Assembly: GCA_964234715.1 (NCBI GenBank)
Contig: OZ174282.1
Reading direction: 5' to 3' (one strand)
Length of the DNA stretch: 64,000 nucleotides
Source: Podarcis melisellensis
Taxonomy: Eukaryota
The notes beneath the pieces were generated by a model. The model made no database searches, was not told where the DNA came from, and saw nothing but the letters and a program-made list of their open reading frames with translations. Numbering within the stretch: position 1 is the first letter of the stretch; each line of letters begins with the position of its first letter. The position numbers and the translations under genes were made by a program. Positions 63,201 through 64,000 of this stretch are shown one piece after another.

Positions 63201-63306
63201 TGGTGGTACCAATATAAAGCCATCTGCAGCTCACCTGTTTGTATTTCCGGTAACAACGCTGAATGACAGCAGCGGCCACTTCCTGTTGCTCCCGGAGGGG
63301 GCGTCC
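42168..63306 (-). CDS. CAMTA1: Calmodulin-binding transcription activator 1, 3' coding exons (5' incomplete)
   Basis: IQ motifs (AAAVIQRCYRKYK; AAILIQSKFRSY; AAVLIQQFYRSYK), KKQDQAARKIMRFLRRCRH and the C-terminus SPLVDHRRYKRSERIEKGQGT*; synteny with VAMP3 and PER3. Confidence 0.96.
42600..43280 (+). mobile_element. L2-type LINE 3' fragment
   Basis: cttgattactgcaatgca...cttcagctggttccaaac...tactggctgccc (LDYCNA / LQLV / WLP-like motifs of the L2 ORF2 end); boundaries approximate. Confidence 0.65.
46604..46674 (-). CDS. CAMTA1: Candidate CAMTA1 71-nt cassette exon (RSGKREEPPFPKFPTSHYCSKRN)
   Basis: Long pyrimidine tract, first downstream AG, open frame, donor CAG|GTAACT; 31+71 nt is a multiple of 3. 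The acceptor (GAG) is weak. Confidence 0.4.
50212..50558 (+). mobile_element. Sauria SINE with 14-bp target-site duplication
   Basis: Sauria SINE body ending ggtcaggggtccctttacctt; TSD TAAGGCCTAGCTGA at 50196-50209 and 50559-50572. Confidence 0.92.
54162..54192 (-). CDS. CAMTA1: CAMTA1 31-nt frame-shifting cassette exon (SPLVDHRRYKR)
   Basis: Acceptor ctgaag, donor gtgagt, phase 2 to 0; matches the recalled human SPLVDHRLYKR. Confidence 0.88.
55550..55955 (-). mobile_element. CR1-type LINE 3' fragment
   Basis: ctgctggatcaggccagtggcccatctagtccagcatcct...aatcctcttttaagccatcc; a further plus-strand fragment lies at about 56190-56420. Confidence 0.6.
57977..58051 (-). CDS. CAMTA1: CAMTA1 exon (SSLLTKKQDQAARKIMRFLRRCRH)
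   Basis: Acceptor ccttgcag, donor gtgaga, 75 nt, phase 2 to 2. Confidence 0.95.
59252..59288. repeat. (CCAT)n tetranucleotide microsatellite
   Basis: About 9 tandem ccat units. Confidence 0.9.
59396..59589 (-). CDS. CAMTA1: CAMTA1 IQ-motif exon (YALYKKMIQAAILIQSKFRSYYEQKKFQQSRRAAVLIQQFYRSYKECGKRR...QQKL)
   Basis: Acceptor ccttgcag, donor gtgagg, 194 nt, phase 0 to 2. Confidence 0.96.
61727..61747 (-). CDS. CAMTA1: CAMTA1 21-nt microexon (LTWIALK)
   Basis: cctcccaag|CTT ACT TGG ATA GCC TTG AAG|gtaatg, phase 0 to 0; LTWIALK is recalled from CAMTA1/2 isoforms at this position. Confidence 0.88.
63235..63306 (-). CDS. CAMTA1: CAMTA1 IQ-motif exon (GRPLREQQEVAAAVIQRCYRKYKQ)
   Basis: Acceptor ccttgcag, donor gtgagc, 72 nt, phase 0 to 0. 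Confidence 0.96.
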
Positions 63307-63627
63307 CTGCAAGGGAAGGGGACAAATGGTAGAGGTAACGGGACTGCAAGCAGGACCTGAGTGCCACAGCATATAAGTGCAACTGCGTCAAAGCTGTAGA
63401 TTGTTCTCTGAATACCTCAGAGAAGCACCCTGCGAGAACTGGAACTCAAAGCATGGAAAGAAGTGTGGCAAAGAACATCAGGCTGCCCAATGCAGAAGCC
63501 TCTGGAGCACCACCTGACACAACCATGAAGTGCATTTTCCTGCTCCTGCCAGTGACAGCTCATGTTTGGTAGTGGGGAAACAAACACTAAAGGAGAACAT
63601 AGAGCAAACTGAAAAATGTATTTGCAG

Positions 63628-63940
63628 CAGGCCCAGACAGAGGGGGGGGGGCATATGGGCCACTTGGCCCGGGCCTCTGATTCCAAAGAGGGCCTTGGTC
63701 AGCATACATTCCCTATGTATTTTTAAAAAACACTATTGTATATCTATATTTTCCATTTTGTCTTTATATGCAGATACGGTTCAAGCCTTGAAATAAAATT
63801 ATTTGTCAGCATAACTTTTGTGAAAATTATTTATATACTTACTTATTTATAAGACTTCAGTTATCCCAAGGGTAAAAAAAAAAGGGGGGGGCAACATTAT
63901 CTACCTGGCCCAGGCCTCTGCCTGGTTCTGCAAGGCCCTG
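63628..63940. mobile_element. hAT-type non-autonomous element
   Basis: 8-bp TSD ATTTGCAG (63620-63627, 63941-63948); termini caggccc / ggccctg. Confidence 0.72.
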
Positions 63941-64000
63941 ATTTGCAGCATCAGCAGGGGCGGAGGGCACCTCCCTTGAACCTTCCTGGGCCATTTTTGT

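Noticed and set aside
1-64000. Prokaryote-type systems (CRISPR arrays, operons, defence islands) or endogenous viral genes
   Set aside because: No repeat-spacer arrays, no long intronless ORFs and no viral motifs; everything coding is explained by three spliced vertebrate genes and TE remnants

Overview
Vertebrate genomic DNA, most likely a squamate (probably lacertid) lizard, judged from Sauria SINEs, a BovB LINE and TA-flanked MITEs. It is the conserved CAMTA1-VAMP3-PER3 syntenic block, with all three genes on the minus strand. (1) PER3 (period circadian regulator 3): a probable non-coding exon 1 ends at 23861 in a CpG island with E-boxes. Twenty phase-consistent coding exons run from ATG 19121 to 527 (3627 nt, 1209 codons); the last coding exon is probably left of the window. 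(2) VAMP3 (cellubrevin): complete, 5 coding exons from 34930 to 28450, 103 aa. (3) The 3' end of CAMTA1: IQ-motif exons, 21-nt and 31-nt cassette exons, terminal exon, and a long 3'UTR running into a 155-N assembly gap. The rest is intron or intergenic DNA with CR1, L2, BovB, SINE and DNA-transposon remnants. Most ORF-track entries are spurious. I see no new gene or multi-gene system. The best leads are substitutions in the normally near-invariant VAMP3 SNARE motif that sit on clostridial neurotoxin cleavage sites, a stop-free 3n intron in PER3, a frame-coupled 31+71-nt cassette pair that could switch the CAMTA1 C-terminus, a GC-AG intron and uORF-rich leader in PER3, and intronic D-boxes. Comparisons to human proteins are from memory and need checking by alignment.
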